64,000 bases of DNA. It comes from Octopus sinensis (taxonomy: Eukaryota). The stretch lies in contig NC_043003.1 in the NCBI RefSeq assembly GCF_006345805.1, forward strand, positions 8,184,001 to 8,248,000, given 5' to 3'. The notes under the pieces were generated by a model that was not told the origin of the DNA, ran no database searches, and was given only the letters and a program-made list of their open reading frames with translations. Shown here piece by piece: positions 14,136 through 26,700 of this stretch. The position numbers and the translations under genes are program-made. The number at the start of each line of letters is the position of its first letter. Within the stretch, counting starts at the first letter, position 1.

Positions 14136-14269
14136 AAAAGGAAATGAAGAAAATGCTGACAAAATAATTGAAGTAATTTAAGTAATTTAATTAGGTGAAA
14201 GAACTTTCACCTAATTAAATTACTTAAATTACTTCAATTATTTTGTCAGCATTTTCTTCATTTCCTTTT
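14136..14269. repeat. Perfect foldback palindrome, 66-bp arms, 2-nt loop
   Basis: AAAAGGAAATG...GGTGAAAG AA CTTTCACC...CATTTCCTTTT between (TA)n tracts. Confidence 0.92.
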
Positions 14270-14306
14270 TTTATATATCACAACTCGTGTACGACATCTC
14301 CTTTTT

Positions 14307-14373
<67 letters not shown>

Positions 14374-14618
14374 TACTCAAAGAATTCCAACTCTGTTTTT
14401 TATATTTTATTTATATTCTTACAATATTAATATAGGATATAGAATATACAGTATATAGTAAGAAATAAATGAAATGAAGTATTGATTGTCTTATTGAACA
14501 AATGAAATATTGAAAGTTAAATATTAAATGTCTATTCTCATTGGACTAGTATACTTTCATCGGGTTCAGATTGTGACAGGAACGCTTCGACTGAAGATTC
14601 AGAAAAATTATATTACAT

Positions 14619-14830
14619 ACATATAAGAGGGATGACCACTAACTGGACATCCATATGCTAGAAGTCGACCCCTATGGGCTTACCACTGAGAAAGGGATGT
14701 TCTCAAGAAAGCGAGCAAGACGTTCTGGCGTTTGCTAAATTTTTATAACATTCCTTTCTTAGTGGTAAGACCATAGGGGGTCGACTTCTAGCATATGGAT
14801 GTCCACTTAGCGGTCATCCCTCTTATATGT
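14619..14830. repeat. Imperfect inverted repeat, about 80-bp arms, 47-nt spacer
   Basis: ACATATAAGAGGGATGACC...GGGATGT / ACATTCC...GGTCATCCCTCTTATATGT. Confidence 0.9.
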
Positions 14831-14899
14831 ATATATATATATAGAGAGAGAGAGAGAGCGAGAGAGCGAGAGAGACAGAGTGACAGAGAGAGAGAGTGA

Positions 14900-15015
14900 G
14901 AGGGTATATCAGCCGAAACGATGTGTTAACGACAAACAAGATGAAGACAAATATCCGTCAAATGTAAATAATGTAAATAATGTACATAATTCCTCATCTC
15001 TTAAATATAGAACTG
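14900..15015 (+). mobile_element. 5'-truncated copy of the 58170-58330 hammerhead tail
   Basis: GAGGGTATATCAGCCGAAACGATGTGTTAAC...CCGTCAAATGTAAATAATGT matches 58243-58320; lacks CTGATGA. Confidence 0.75.
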
Positions 15016-15299
15016 TATTTCAATATTCATGTCATAAATTTTCTTCTAAAGAAAACTTTTCCCAGAGAGTTCCAACGACACTTGTGTAAAAAAAAAAAAG
15101 AAAACCAAAAACAGTATTGTTTTCATTACGTGTCAAATTGCAATTTCTTTCAAGCTTGGGAATACAGAATGACCCAAAGAATATTCCATAAACTATAGAC
15201 GCAATGATAGGTTAACATGCCCTCCAGAGCAACATTAATTGTTTTCCCCCTAGACGACTCTTCACTCAGAGATTAGATTAGATTTCTCAAGATATCTTC

Positions 15300-15720
15300 C
15301 GTTTAATAGCCAGATATATTATCTTGTGCAAAATATGCCACTTTCAAGAATAGCTTTTCTTTATATGTCTATTATTGTCAGCGATATTTTTCCCTTAAAA
15401 AAAAATCAATATATCCTTTGCTTTACCTATATTTCTACTAATGCTTTAGCTGACTCTAAAAATACTACGGTAAGTAATATTTAGTAATGCAGACGAGTGT
15501 TGATAATAGAGTTAAACTGTCGCCTTGGGGCAGACGTCGACTCATATTTTGCCATTCGATTTCATTGATGCCCCCGGGACTTAGACATACTATCAAGATA
15601 ACAGCTTCCACTTAATCCATATATGTCTTTTTCTTAGAGAAATCAATAAACTGTTACTCTGCGATATTTAAAACCAAGTTCCACCAAATGACTTAATATA
15701 AGGACTTAATGTCTATTATT
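15300..15720 (-). pseudogene. Possible highly decayed LINE reverse transcriptase fragment
   Basis: Only the RRLPQGDSL motif (about 15514-15545) resembles the RT QGDSLSP motif. Confidence 0.3.
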
Positions 15721-15752
15721 GTAGCGCTGTCTCACTGTCTTATTGGAAAATT

Positions 15753-16163
15753 GTATGGAGTGGCTGTGAGGTAAGTAGCTTGCTAACCAGCCACATGGTT
15801 CCGGGTTCAGTCCCACTGCGTGGCATCTTGGGCAAGTGTCTTCTGCTACAGCCCCGGGCCGACCAATGCCTTGTGAGTGGATTTGGTAGACGGAAACTGA
15901 AAGAAGCCTGTCGTATATATGTATATATATATATGGGTGTGTGTGTATGTTTGTGTGTCTGTGTTTGTCCCCCTAGCATTGCTTGACAACCGATGCTGGT
16001 GTGTTTACGTCCCTGTCAACTAGCGGTTCGGCAAAAGAAACCGATAGAATAAGTACAGGGCTTACAAAGGATAAGTTCCGGGGTCGATTTGCTCGACTAA
16101 AGGCGGTGCTCCAGCATGGCCGCAGTCAAATGACTGAAACAAGTAAAAGAGTAAAGAGTAGAG
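15753..16163 (+). mobile_element. SINE family A
   Basis: Near full-length copy. Confidence 0.9.
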
Positions 16164-16513
16164 TATATGTATTTTTGTAGCGTTGTCTTAATGGAAAACG
16201 GTATGTGTGTATGCGTTTGTGTATGTGTTTTTTTTTTTTTTGTATGCATACGTGCACGCACATACACACATTGTAAGGTATTTGATTGAGTATTAAAAAA
16301 TTATACCTAAAAATGAAGTTTCAGCCGTCATGCAACAATAATACCATGTAATATAAACTTTCGATAAGAAAAAAGTAGACTTCGAAAATAGAACCACGGT
16401 TTATAGTCTGAACGCAGTTGTATTTATTGTTTGATTTGTAGAGAGGGTATCTGCATATATGGCCCGATTCTTTGGAGTTCAGCTTCAGTAAGACCGCTCT
16501 TACTGAATAAGTA

Positions 16514-16795
16514 TTTGTTTGTTTGTTCCTTCTCGAGCCATGCCTGGCTCATAAGGGCCGGTTTCCTTGGCGTATAGGTTCCCCTCCTGGACAGTACACC
16601 GGTCCGTCGTCGCAAGTGAGCTGCAACAGTGAGAGAAAGTTGTGGCGAAAGGGTCAGCACAGGTTCGCCATTACCTTCTGCCGGAGCCGCGTGGAGATTA
16701 GGTGTTTCGCTCATAAACATTGCCCGGTCTGAGATTCGAACCCCCGATCCCTCGACCGCGAGTCCGCTGCTCTAACCACTAGGCCATGTGCCTCC
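16514..16795 (-). mobile_element. tRNA-derived SINE family C, tail type 1
   Basis: Head GGAGGCACATGGCCTAGTGGTTAG...GTTCGAATC; tail ...GGCTCGAGAAGGAACAAACAAA. Confidence 0.85.
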
Positions 16796-17117
16796 ACTCA
16801 GTGAAGAAGTGATTATGGCATAATTATGTATTAGCTTCGCCCAAATGTTTTGTCTTGTACCTATGCAAGAAAGAAATATAAAGTGGTAATTCATACGAAA
16901 AGATATTTTTTCAATAATTTAGTGGAAAAGTGGTGTTAATTCGATATAAGCAGAAAGAACAGAATTGAACTGTTTAATCTTAAGCGGTTTTAGAATTTCT
17001 TTGGGTCTAATATACATCAATGTTTCAGTTCACCAAATCCTCGACCCATTTTATATGAACTGAGGCATTAAAACTCGTGGAAAATAAACGAAACGAAAAT
17101 TCTATTTCCCTGTAATA

Positions 17118-17511
17118 ATGGATGGATGGAAGCACTCCGTCGGTTACGACGACGAGGGTTCCAGTTTATCCGATCAACGGAACAGCCTGCTCGTGAAATT
17201 AACGCGTAAGTGACTGAGTCCTCCACAGACACGTGCACCCTTAACGCAGTTCTCGGGGATATTCAGCGTGACACAGAGAGTTACAAGGCCAGCCCTTTGA
17301 AATACAGGTACAACAGAAACAGGAAGTAAGAGTGAGAGAAAGTTGTGGTGAGAGAGTACAGCAGGGATCACCACCATCCCCTGCCGGAGCCACGTGGAGC
17401 TTTTTTAGGTGTTTTCGCTCAATAAACACTCACAACGCCCGGTCTGGGAATCGAAACCGCGATCTTATGACCGCGAGTCCGCTGCCCTAACCACTGGGCC
17501 ATTGCACCTCC
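17118..17511 (-). mobile_element. SINE family C, tail type 2
   Basis: Same head and core as 16514-16795; tail ...CGTCGTAACCGACGGAGTGCTTCCATCCATCC. Confidence 0.85.
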
Positions 17512-18000
17512 CCCTCCAATAATAGAAGTTATATCAATTGCTAAAACGAAGCATTATTGTGCAATCGAAGCGTGTAATGAACTAGTTGGACGCTTCTGGT
17601 AATCTAATTTATTCACTTGATTTTTATTCCCAATCACACACGTGTTGTTCGTTTGGGAATAGAATGAGTTGATGCTCATAGTCGGAAGTAATGTTTGATC
17701 ATGAGAGGAGTGGAGTAAAAGAAAACTCTGTTGCTTCCAGTTAAATATTTTTGCCTCACATCCTTCAGTGTTTCGAAAATGTTAAATTACTTCTAATGTC
17801 GGTATCACTTTAAATCTCACACAAGACAATAAAATATGAACTAAAGATACACTGAGCAAATTCAATCATCCAATGTTTTCCTCTATAATAGGAAAAAAAA
17901 ACATATATTTGATATATTGTGAGGTGAGTTAGTGATGTAGTTCTTTTAATGCACTTAAAATCGGTCCTAACCTTTGCTGTTACAGAAGTATCATGAAGCA

Positions 18001-18745
18001 AAGGCGGTGAGCTGGCAGAAACGTTAGCACGCCGGGCGAGACGCGCAGCTGTATTTCGTCTGCCGTTACGTTCTGAGTTCAAATTCCGCCGAGGTCGACT
18101 TTGCCTTTCATCGTTTCGGGGTCGATAAATTAAGTACCAGTTGCGCACTGGGGCCGATGTAATCGACTTAATACCTTTGTCTGTCCTTGTTTGTTCTCTC
18201 TGTGTTTAGCCCCCGGAGGGTAATAAATAAATAGGTATTTCGTCTACTGCTACGTTCTGAGTTCAAATTCCGCCGAGGTTGACTTTGCCTTTCATCTTTT
18301 CGATGTCGATAAATTAAGTACCAGTTATGCACTGGGGTGGATATAATCGACTTAATGCGTCTGTCTGTCCTTGTTTGTCTCCTCTGTATTTAACCCCATG
18401 TGGGTAGTAAAGAAATAGGTATTTCGTCTGCCGCTACGTTCTGAGTTCAAATTCCGCCGAGGTTGACTTTGCCTTTCATCCTTTCGGGGTCGATAAATTA
18501 AGTACCAGTTACGCACTGGGGTCGATGTAATCGACTTAATCCGTTTGTCTGTCCTCGTTTGTCCCCTTTGTGTTTAGCCCCTTGTGGGTAGGAAAGAAAT
18601 AGGTATTTCGTCTGCCGTTACGTTCTAAGTTCAAATTCCTCCGAAGGGTCGATAAATTCTGTACCAGTTGTGTACTGGTGTCGATCTGATCGACTGGCCT
18701 CTTCCCCCAAAATTTCAGGTTTTGTGCCTAGAATAGAAAAGAAAA
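18001..18745 (+). mobile_element. SINE family B, one head plus 3-4 body units
   Basis: About 185-bp units rejoined at GAAATAGGTATTTCGTCTGC. Confidence 0.9.
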
Positions 18746-19433
18746 TGCAGGCGTGGTGCAATCATTTTTCTTCTTCCCTGTAAACCACACAGGGTGTGGT
18801 ACACGTTACTTACGAATCTTAAACGTACAAATTGGCGCGATGACTATATTTATCGGAAAGGAATTACAGTCTCTCAGCTCATATCTACGTGTCATCAACA
18901 TAGTCAGATTTGAACTCTGATGCAAGAATGATCGAACACTGATAAATAAATAAGAGCAGGACTGTCTATTTTTAACATTTTCAAGAAAAGAAATAAATAC
19001 AGTAGAGTTAAATGCTGTCATTAGAAGAAAAAAAAACTATCAGAGATTAGCCACAGAATTTCTTGGTCTAGTGAGCAAAATAACTATGGATATTACGTTT
19101 TTGAATGATTAGGCTTCTTCAGAGAGCAGTGTACGTGATTCTTTATTGCTTGCTAGCACTGAAGCTTACAACATACATTTACATCAATGAGATTATTGAT
19201 AATTTAATTATAAATGGACGCTGACCATATATGTAAATAATAAAACGGTGTACCATTATCATTGTATTATTACAGTTGTTTCTAATATTAGAATTAACCA
19301 CAATTTAGTCATTTTACAAATTGCTTTTCTTCATAGTAATATTCGTAACAGAATCTCCTTGTATGGCAGCGTTCGCTATTATTTTGACATTAATTGTCGC
19401 CTCTAGAGCACCAGCGTGTAATGGGAGAGAATG

Positions 19434-19995
19434 TACTTACTTGTACTTGTGACGGCATTCACCCAGGACGGGTTGAGCCGCCGTTTTCTCTGTTCCTTAC
19501 GGCATCACGAACCATAGCAGCCCACACTCAACGGTCCTGTGAGAGGTCACTGGAGACAGCGAGCCATTCGCGGTTCCATCTGCGCAGACCGACCACCTGC
19601 GGACCTGAGAGTTCGGAGAGGTGCTCCTTTATCGTCGTCGCCCAGGTCTTCAGCTGTCCGCCCGTGCGTTTGCGCCAACTGGGAAGTGCAGGTGGGAGGA
19701 GGACATCGCGAATTAGCTCACCTTCTGGACACCGGGCCACATGACCGAACCACCTTAAGCGCCGTTGTAGAAGCACCGAAGGGAGGGGCCGGAGATTCAG
19801 GCGACGACGAAGACCGGCCGTGGGAACCCGATCAAAGCGTCGGCAGCGAAGAATGCAGCAGAGACAGTCATCGTTGAACACCTCCAGCCTTCACTGATCA
19901 ACTACCTTCATAGGCCATGATTCGCAACCATAGAGGAGGATAGCACGAACGACGGCCTAGTAGATTCTCCCTTTGGTCACCGCTGGAGGCGCACG
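19434..19995 (-). mobile_element. RTE-type LINE, 3' fragment
   Basis: ILLYGCESW..., RRLRWFGHVAR, RKRTGGQLKTW; tail CACAAGTACAAGTAAG. Confidence 0.88.
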
Positions 19996-20331
19996 AATGC
20001 GTCAAACTAGAAAACCTAAAAGTTAAAAAAGTTTGGATCTGCCTTCCATTGTTGTCCATACAATTAATGCCTGTCCCAATCACTTTATTTAACAACTCCG
20101 CGATCATTTATTGCATTGGAAACATTCTAAATATTGAAACCCAATTTTAAGACTTACGCTATGCTGCAGCACCGTCTTTAGTCGAAGAAATCAACCCCGG
20201 GGACTTATTCTTTGTAAATATAGTACTTATTCTATCGGTCTCTTTTTTGCCGAACCGCTAAGTTGCAGGAACGTAAATACACAACAATAGTTGCCAAGCG
20301 ATGGTGGTGGGAACAAACACAGACACACAAA

Positions 20332-20382
<51 letters not shown>

Positions 20383-20383
<1 letters not shown>

Positions 20384-20640
20384 AGATCCAATCCAGGTGA
20401 CAACGTAGGTGAGTTAGGTACAAAAAATTCCAGAGTGAATACTTGTAATCACCTGTATATGCCAGTAAGTGGTGTAGGTGATAGGGTATATTTATCAAAG
20501 AAAAACAGAATGCAAAGGATTTAGCGGTACATATGTTTCTGGCCTTATTGGACAGTTTATATCAATGCATAATTGATGTAACGTGTATGTCAATAGCCTT
20601 CTTCAGCCGCGCACAATTACCACACCAAAGACATGTATTA
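20383..20640 (-). mobile_element. HHR-bearing pLTR-like element inserted in (TA)n
   Basis: Flanked by (TA)n on both sides; part of it recurs at about 47170-47290. Confidence 0.65.
20524..20610 (-). ncRNA. Type I hammerhead ribozyme with long stem II
   Basis: Minus strand: GCGG CTGAAGA A GGCTATTGACA...TGTCCAATAAGGCC A GAA ACATATGT A cut CCGC; A/A mismatch at base of stem II. Confidence 0.72.
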
Positions 20641-20643
20641 CAT

Positions 20644-20679
<36 letters not shown>

Positions 20680-23207
20680 ATATTATATATATATCCGACA
20701 GGCTGCTTTCAGTCCCCGTCTACCAAATCCACTCACAAGGCTTTGGTCGGCCCGAAACTATAGTAGACACTTGCCCAAGGTGCCACGCAGTTGGACTGAA
20801 CCTGAGACCATGTGGTTGGAAATCAAGCTTCTTACCACCCACCAACTCCTGAACCTACACACTTTATAGTTTTAATTCTCTCTTTTGTCTGCTCATAAAA
20901 AGCGCATAATTGAAATGTTTCTATCGTTCAAACCGGGCATATCTACCACATTAATTCTATCAGTTTTATAATCAAACCGGCTAGATGTGGCCTCTCATAT
21001 CTATTCTATAATGTCATCCTAAAAATTAAAAAATCAGCATCATAATTTCGAAGCGACAAGATAATATTTGATTAATTCCAAACCATGTGAATAAAATGGA
21101 ATCCACATTTGACAGAGTAAACTTAATTCTAAAGAGTTACGAATTTTTTTTAGTAATATCAGCCAATTCATTTGAACAATATGGAAAATATCTTAAAATA
21201 TGAACTGGTACGTTTGGATAAGTGAGCTAAGTTTATTGTAATTGGCTCTGTAATATAACTGTCATTAATGTTTGCAGTTTATACAACCGTATGTTAAACA
21301 TTATAGTTATATTACAATGAAACTTAACTAAATGCTTCAGTTATAACTAGAATATGTTCGATGGTTGAAAGGTGAACGTATAAATTGTATGAATTCGTAA
21401 AACTGAAAAGCATTCGTTTGCATAATTTAATAGCAGTTCAGTGCTTTATACTTAAAATTCAGAAATCGTTTCGAAGTCAAGTTGTTTTACTTGATTCAAG
21501 ATTTGATAAGATATTTACAGTAATTGCAATGACTAATGGATACTTTTGTTCCGGAATTCTAAAGTACACACAGGTTATCTTACGATATTCTCCGATATAA
21601 AATTTTCTGCGGTAAATTAATTAGATATAACATAGGATCTTTCGGAAGAATACTTTTGATTGAGTGAAATAATGATTAACCAAAATCAATATGGCCTCGT
21701 ATAAAGGTATATGAGCGAGAGAAGCTTCGTTTCTCATGGAGTTAGGTTCAAGTCAATGCACGGTAAGAAACCGAACTTCATTTCTACAATGAGCAAAGTT
21801 TTTGAGTTTGTATAAGATTAGAAAATTTAAGAGCCAATGTTACGAGATATTTCATTCTAAATCTGTTTCACCCAAACAAGTTACTATGTTTATTATGATA
21901 GTTGGCTGCACAGCACTGTCGGATATTCATTATATGCCTCAAAGTGTTACGCAATCTCTGAAGATTTGATAATGTAATGTGATTATAAAGATTATTTTTG
22001 TATATCGGATGTTAGAGAAATACGTGTAAGATCATGTAACTAAACACATTATGAATAAGCTCTTGTCTATTAATTTCTCTATATTCCCTCTGTAACCATT
22101 CTAGCTTTGAAAACCAAACAAAGGAAACTTGCATTATAATAATAGAATTCTTTGTTTCTTTCTCTTATGTATATGAATGCACATGGAATTCTTAATTCTG
22201 GTTATTTTTAGGCAATCGAATTTCAAAACACACACTGTACATATATATGCACATATACATACATACACTCGTATATATACATACGTACATATGTATGTGT
22301 GTGTGCTTGCATATATATTACCCATTCCCATATATGAGGAGCTTATACCTTCAACAAGTAAATATTATATTTTGAATATGAAAGACCCAGCACCTGTCAC
22401 TCGGTAGTGTAATAAAAACATATCTGGTCAACGTAAACGACATTAGATATGCTAGTGTATATATTATGTGGGCATTAATTAATAGGAGGAACACCGATAG
22501 TATTTTTAAGTACAAAGAATTCATAATGTGGACATGAGGATGGACGTGAATATTTTGGTATGCATCTTGTTTGTGGTGTCTATCCAGTCTGTAACGAATC
22601 TCTAGTAATTAGTTTGAATAACGCTGAGATTAGACTCAGCTGTAACGCTAATCCACGAGTGCTTAGTTATCGCAAAGGCGCCTCCTTCATGCTAAACAGA
22701 ATATGGCGAAATAGTTAGAATGGTCGTTAATATAAATTGAAGGAGACAGACGAGCATATCTAACAAATAAATTTTTGTTTTCGTCTACTTCCTTCCACAA
22801 CGAATCTGTCTCAATGAATCATATTCTCAACATAATTCAATATTGCGTTCTAAGAGCATATCAATGCTCAAATCGTCCTTCCTTCCGCCATGTCAACATT
22901 TATTTAAGCATAAAAGATACAAAGATCTGAAATTAAAAACTTTCCAAAGTCTGGTAACTGAGACGTTAGCCGGCTATTTTCGAGTTTATTTATAGCATAA
23001 AAACCGCGTATTGAATTCTGTTAATAGAAAGCATAGAGATTCTTACGTCCTTGTCGTGACATACAAGTTAAGCCGAAGTTCTTTCATGTCTACAAATCTA
23101 CACTGACGAATAAACACACAAATATGTGTGGAAAAAATAGTACTCGAATACCGGAGGTGGAGTAATATGACTTCTTTTAATTTGCAGCTTTAATAAAAGA
23201 AATGTGC

Positions 23208-23280
<73 letters not shown>

Positions 23281-23285
<5 letters not shown>

Positions 23286-23570
23286 GTGAAGGGAAGAAAT
23301 GGAGCCGAACGAAGATTCTACAAAATTCCTTTTTATTATTTTCTACACATGTTTCAAAGGGTGCAAATTCCCAAATTCGGATTGAATAAGGAGACCATTC
23401 TGCAGCTTTCTCTTCAGGAAAAACCAGGAATTTAAAATCTCAAAACAAATGCGCAGCAAGCTTTTCGAACAAAACGCTCCCTAGGAGCCCATGGTAAAAA
23501 TGGCACAAAACTGTATCGGTTAAATTTTGAATAATCCGTAACAAGATAATTCATTTATCCATTTCATTAA
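23281..23570 (-). mobile_element. HHR-bearing pLTR-like element between (TA)n tracts
   Basis: Unique about 290-bp insert bounded by (TA)n, containing the HHR at 23339-23422. Confidence 0.55.
23339..23422 (-). ncRNA. Type I hammerhead ribozyme with long stem II
   Basis: Minus strand: TTTTC CTGAAGA G AAAG...CTTT GAA ACATGTGT A cut GAAAA; stem III self-pairs with two G-U wobbles. Confidence 0.68.
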
Positions 23571-23572
23571 AA

Positions 23573-23635
<63 letters not shown>

Positions 23636-23773
23636 ATATATCTGGGTGTGTGCGTAAACGTGTATGTACACGTGCAAGCAACATTCATAAGTCTATATGT
23701 GTGTACATAAACATAGGTATATATGTACGTATGTATGATGTATGAATGTATCTATCTATTTATCTATCTATCG

Positions 23774-24177
23774 TATTTCTTTATTACCCATTAGGGGCTA
23801 AACATAGAGGGGACAAACAAGGACAAACAGAGGAATTAAGTGGATTACAGCGACCCCAGTGCGCAACTGGTACTTAATTTATCGACCCCGAAAGGATGAA
23901 AGGCAAAGTCGACCTCGGCGGAATTTGAACTCAGAACAAAATACCTATTTCTTTACTACCAAAAAGGGGCTAAACACAGAGGGGACAAGCAAGGTCAGAC
24001 AAACGAATTAAGTCGATTACATCGACCCAGTGCGTATCTGGTACTTAATTTATCGACACCGAAAGGATGAAAGGCAAAGTCGACCTCAGCGGAGTTTGAA
24101 CTCAGAACGTAACGGCAGACGAAATACGGCTACGCATTTCGCCCGGCGTGCTAACGTTTCTACCAGCTCGCCGCCTT
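23774..24177 (-). mobile_element. SINE family B, dimeric
   Basis: Two body units, one head. Confidence 0.88.
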
Positions 24178-24199
24178 TCTATTGCGCTATCTATCTATG

Positions 24200-24271
<72 letters not shown>

Positions 24272-26435
24272 CATATGTACGTATGTGTACTTGCACGTGC
24301 GTGCATTTGTATGTGTGTTGGTAAAAATCGAAATGGAATGAGGAAAACTAACGAAAAGCAATAAAAGTTTACTGGAAAAAAAAACTAAACCTGGAACAAC
24401 TCTTTTCAGCCATGGGAGCAGAATCATTGTAGTTTCGACGCGTTTAAAGTCTAACGGCTTTAATTTCATGGGACTACTCCTCTGATGACACCAGTAGTAG
24501 TGATTAAATGATGCATGTGCACCTTCGTGTTTGTCCCACCTTCACCACTGCAGAACCGCAGACGGTTTGTTTATATTCCGGCAACATTATCCATTAGACT
24601 AAAGACACTGATTATTCCAGAGTAATGGGATCGATTTTATTTACTAAACCCTTCAATGCAGTGTCCCAATATAACTGGAGCTGAAGGGCTGAAACAAGTA
24701 AAAGATAAATAAAAACTTATATAAACGATACAAATAGGAAAGTATTAAATATTTGTGTACATATTAAGGCGGTGCTCCAGCATGGTCGCACTCAAATGAC
24801 TGAAACGAGTAAAAGAATATGGATGCAATACTTATTTTCATAGATGCCTTCGTATAATGGCATATACAGTATTGTCTTGATTGAACTCCCTTCTCACATT
24901 ACTGCGAGTACGCGGAGATCTGTATGTAGTGATTCGGTCAGTTGTAGACAAATCTTCCTAATTCGCGTTTTTGATTTAAAATTGAAGGATATATTCGACA
25001 CAATACTGGTGAGATACTCATAGAACAGATTTGGCTAAAGATCAATTCAATCTAAGTTAATATGGCTATATACAGCGAAATGTATTTATATCATTGCAAG
25101 CCAAATTTTAAATATTTTCTCATCGTGACACATGCGCAGTTCATGCCTGATCTGTAGTTTGTAAGTTCTTGATATTGTTCAGAGAATAACAAAACCTCAT
25201 CTAGTGTCCTCGTGCACTATTTCTTTAAAATTTACTTCAGATCAATACATTCCAGTATTGAATAAAAATTCCATTGTATATTTTACACAAAGAAAATTAA
25301 TATGAGCAGCCGGTAGATGTCGAACTATTATCTTTTTTTCGACGTATCATTTGTAATGAACACTTCCACATTAGATTTTGCACACAATTTGCTGAATCAG
25401 AAAAATTTTTTTTTTTTAAATGTATAATTATAAATCGAAACAACTTCTAAGTATTTCTTTCAAACATTTTCTACAACCGATATTATATCTTCAGCGTCTG
25501 TTTCTAACTCATTACTCATCATTACACTTGAGCGAATACGTAATGAAAAACTTACCACTTTCTAGACCTCGATAACATTTACTTTGCGCTTCGATGACAG
25601 CCAAATGAAAACTTAATTCTGAAATATATTAATGCAGCTCGAATTCCATCTATATTTTAAATGATTATTTTAACATTTCCTGGTTATTTATATTGTCTTC
25701 TTCCATTTCTTCCTTCTTTTCCTTTGTTTCATTATCATTCATATTTCGTTATATTTTTAAAAAATCATTTAATATTATTTTCTATTTCCCGTTGTTGCTG
25801 ATAATGTATTTTTTTATCACAGCCTTACGTTTCTTTATATTTATATATGTTTTTTGTTTCCATAAGACTTTATTTATTTCATATATCTTGCACTCCTTTC
25901 TCTCTTGGTATCATTATTTTTACATTGCTTCTGCTTTCCGATCTATTATTTTATTTTATCTTTCTTTACTGCAGTCAACCTTAATTTTCATCTTTCTATT
26001 ATTTCTTCTCCTTCCTATCCAAATGTTTTCTTTTCAGCTTTATCACTTCGTTTTATTTTATCTTTATTCCTGTATTTTTATTTTTATTTTCTTTATATTT
26101 CTATCATCCCATCCTTTGTTTCTTCCCAATTTATCTCGAATTTATATTGCTTTTTTACTCTTTCTTTCTTTCTTTCTTTCTTTCAATCTAATGATTTTTC
26201 ATTCTAGAATTAGATTCTTTGCTAATCTAATACTCGATGCTCCAAGACGTGAACAAGTCTATTACATCTTACTACATACTTTCCTGAAGCAATTACAAAT
26301 TGATGTATATTTTATGAGGATATATGCCTGTATTCATATGGGTATAATTATCTATATATAATAATGACCGCCATAAAGGCTAGTTGGTTGGTTTGTTGGC
26401 TGGTTGGTTGATTTCTCCAGATACGCTTTAGATCA

Positions 26436-26486
<51 letters not shown>

Positions 26487-26504
26487 GTGTGTGTGTGTGT
26501 GTAT

Positions 26505-26700
26505 AGTTGAAATTTACAAGAAAACAAAAGACGAAGACAGGTATATAAACAAAAGCAGGTGTATTAGTTTAACGCTCAGGAAGTGAGAAAGTCTTTTACA
26601 TTTCGAGCCTACGCTCTTCATCAGAAAGGAACACGATAAAACAAACAGAGAGAGAATAAAAAAACTTGTAGATTTAGCGGTCAATCGAGAGTGAGAGAGC
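26505..26700 (-). mobile_element. HHR-bearing pLTR-like repeat, copy 1
   Basis: Homologous to 62990-63190 (AAAGACGAAGACAGGT...AACGCTCAGGAA...). Confidence 0.7.
26593..26628 (-). ncRNA. Minimal type I hammerhead ribozyme
   Basis: Minus strand: CTTT CTGATGA A GAGC GTAG GCTC GAA ATGT A cut AAAG; sister copy at 63081-63116 has ACGT in stem III. Confidence 0.75.

Larger units (their letters stand above)
20165..20850 (-). mobile_element. SINE family A split by an insertion in its internal (TA)n
   Basis: 3' half 20165-20335, 5' half 20695-20850. Confidence 0.8.

Noticed and set aside
14540-14605. GAA-AGTATACT-A half-motif on the minus strand
   Set aside because: No matching core or stem I partner upstream
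18001-18745. Regularly spaced repeats suggesting a CRISPR array
   Set aside because: About 185-bp SINE bodies with no unique spacers; eukaryotic context, no cas genes
23098-23145. CTGACGA...CACACA/TGTGTG-GAAA
   Set aside because: 5 extra nt before stem II, no palindromic stem III and no stem I
25693-26361. 222-aa hydrophobic ORF
   Set aside because: T-rich low-complexity DNA starting at a non-ATG codon; F/I/L bias explained by composition
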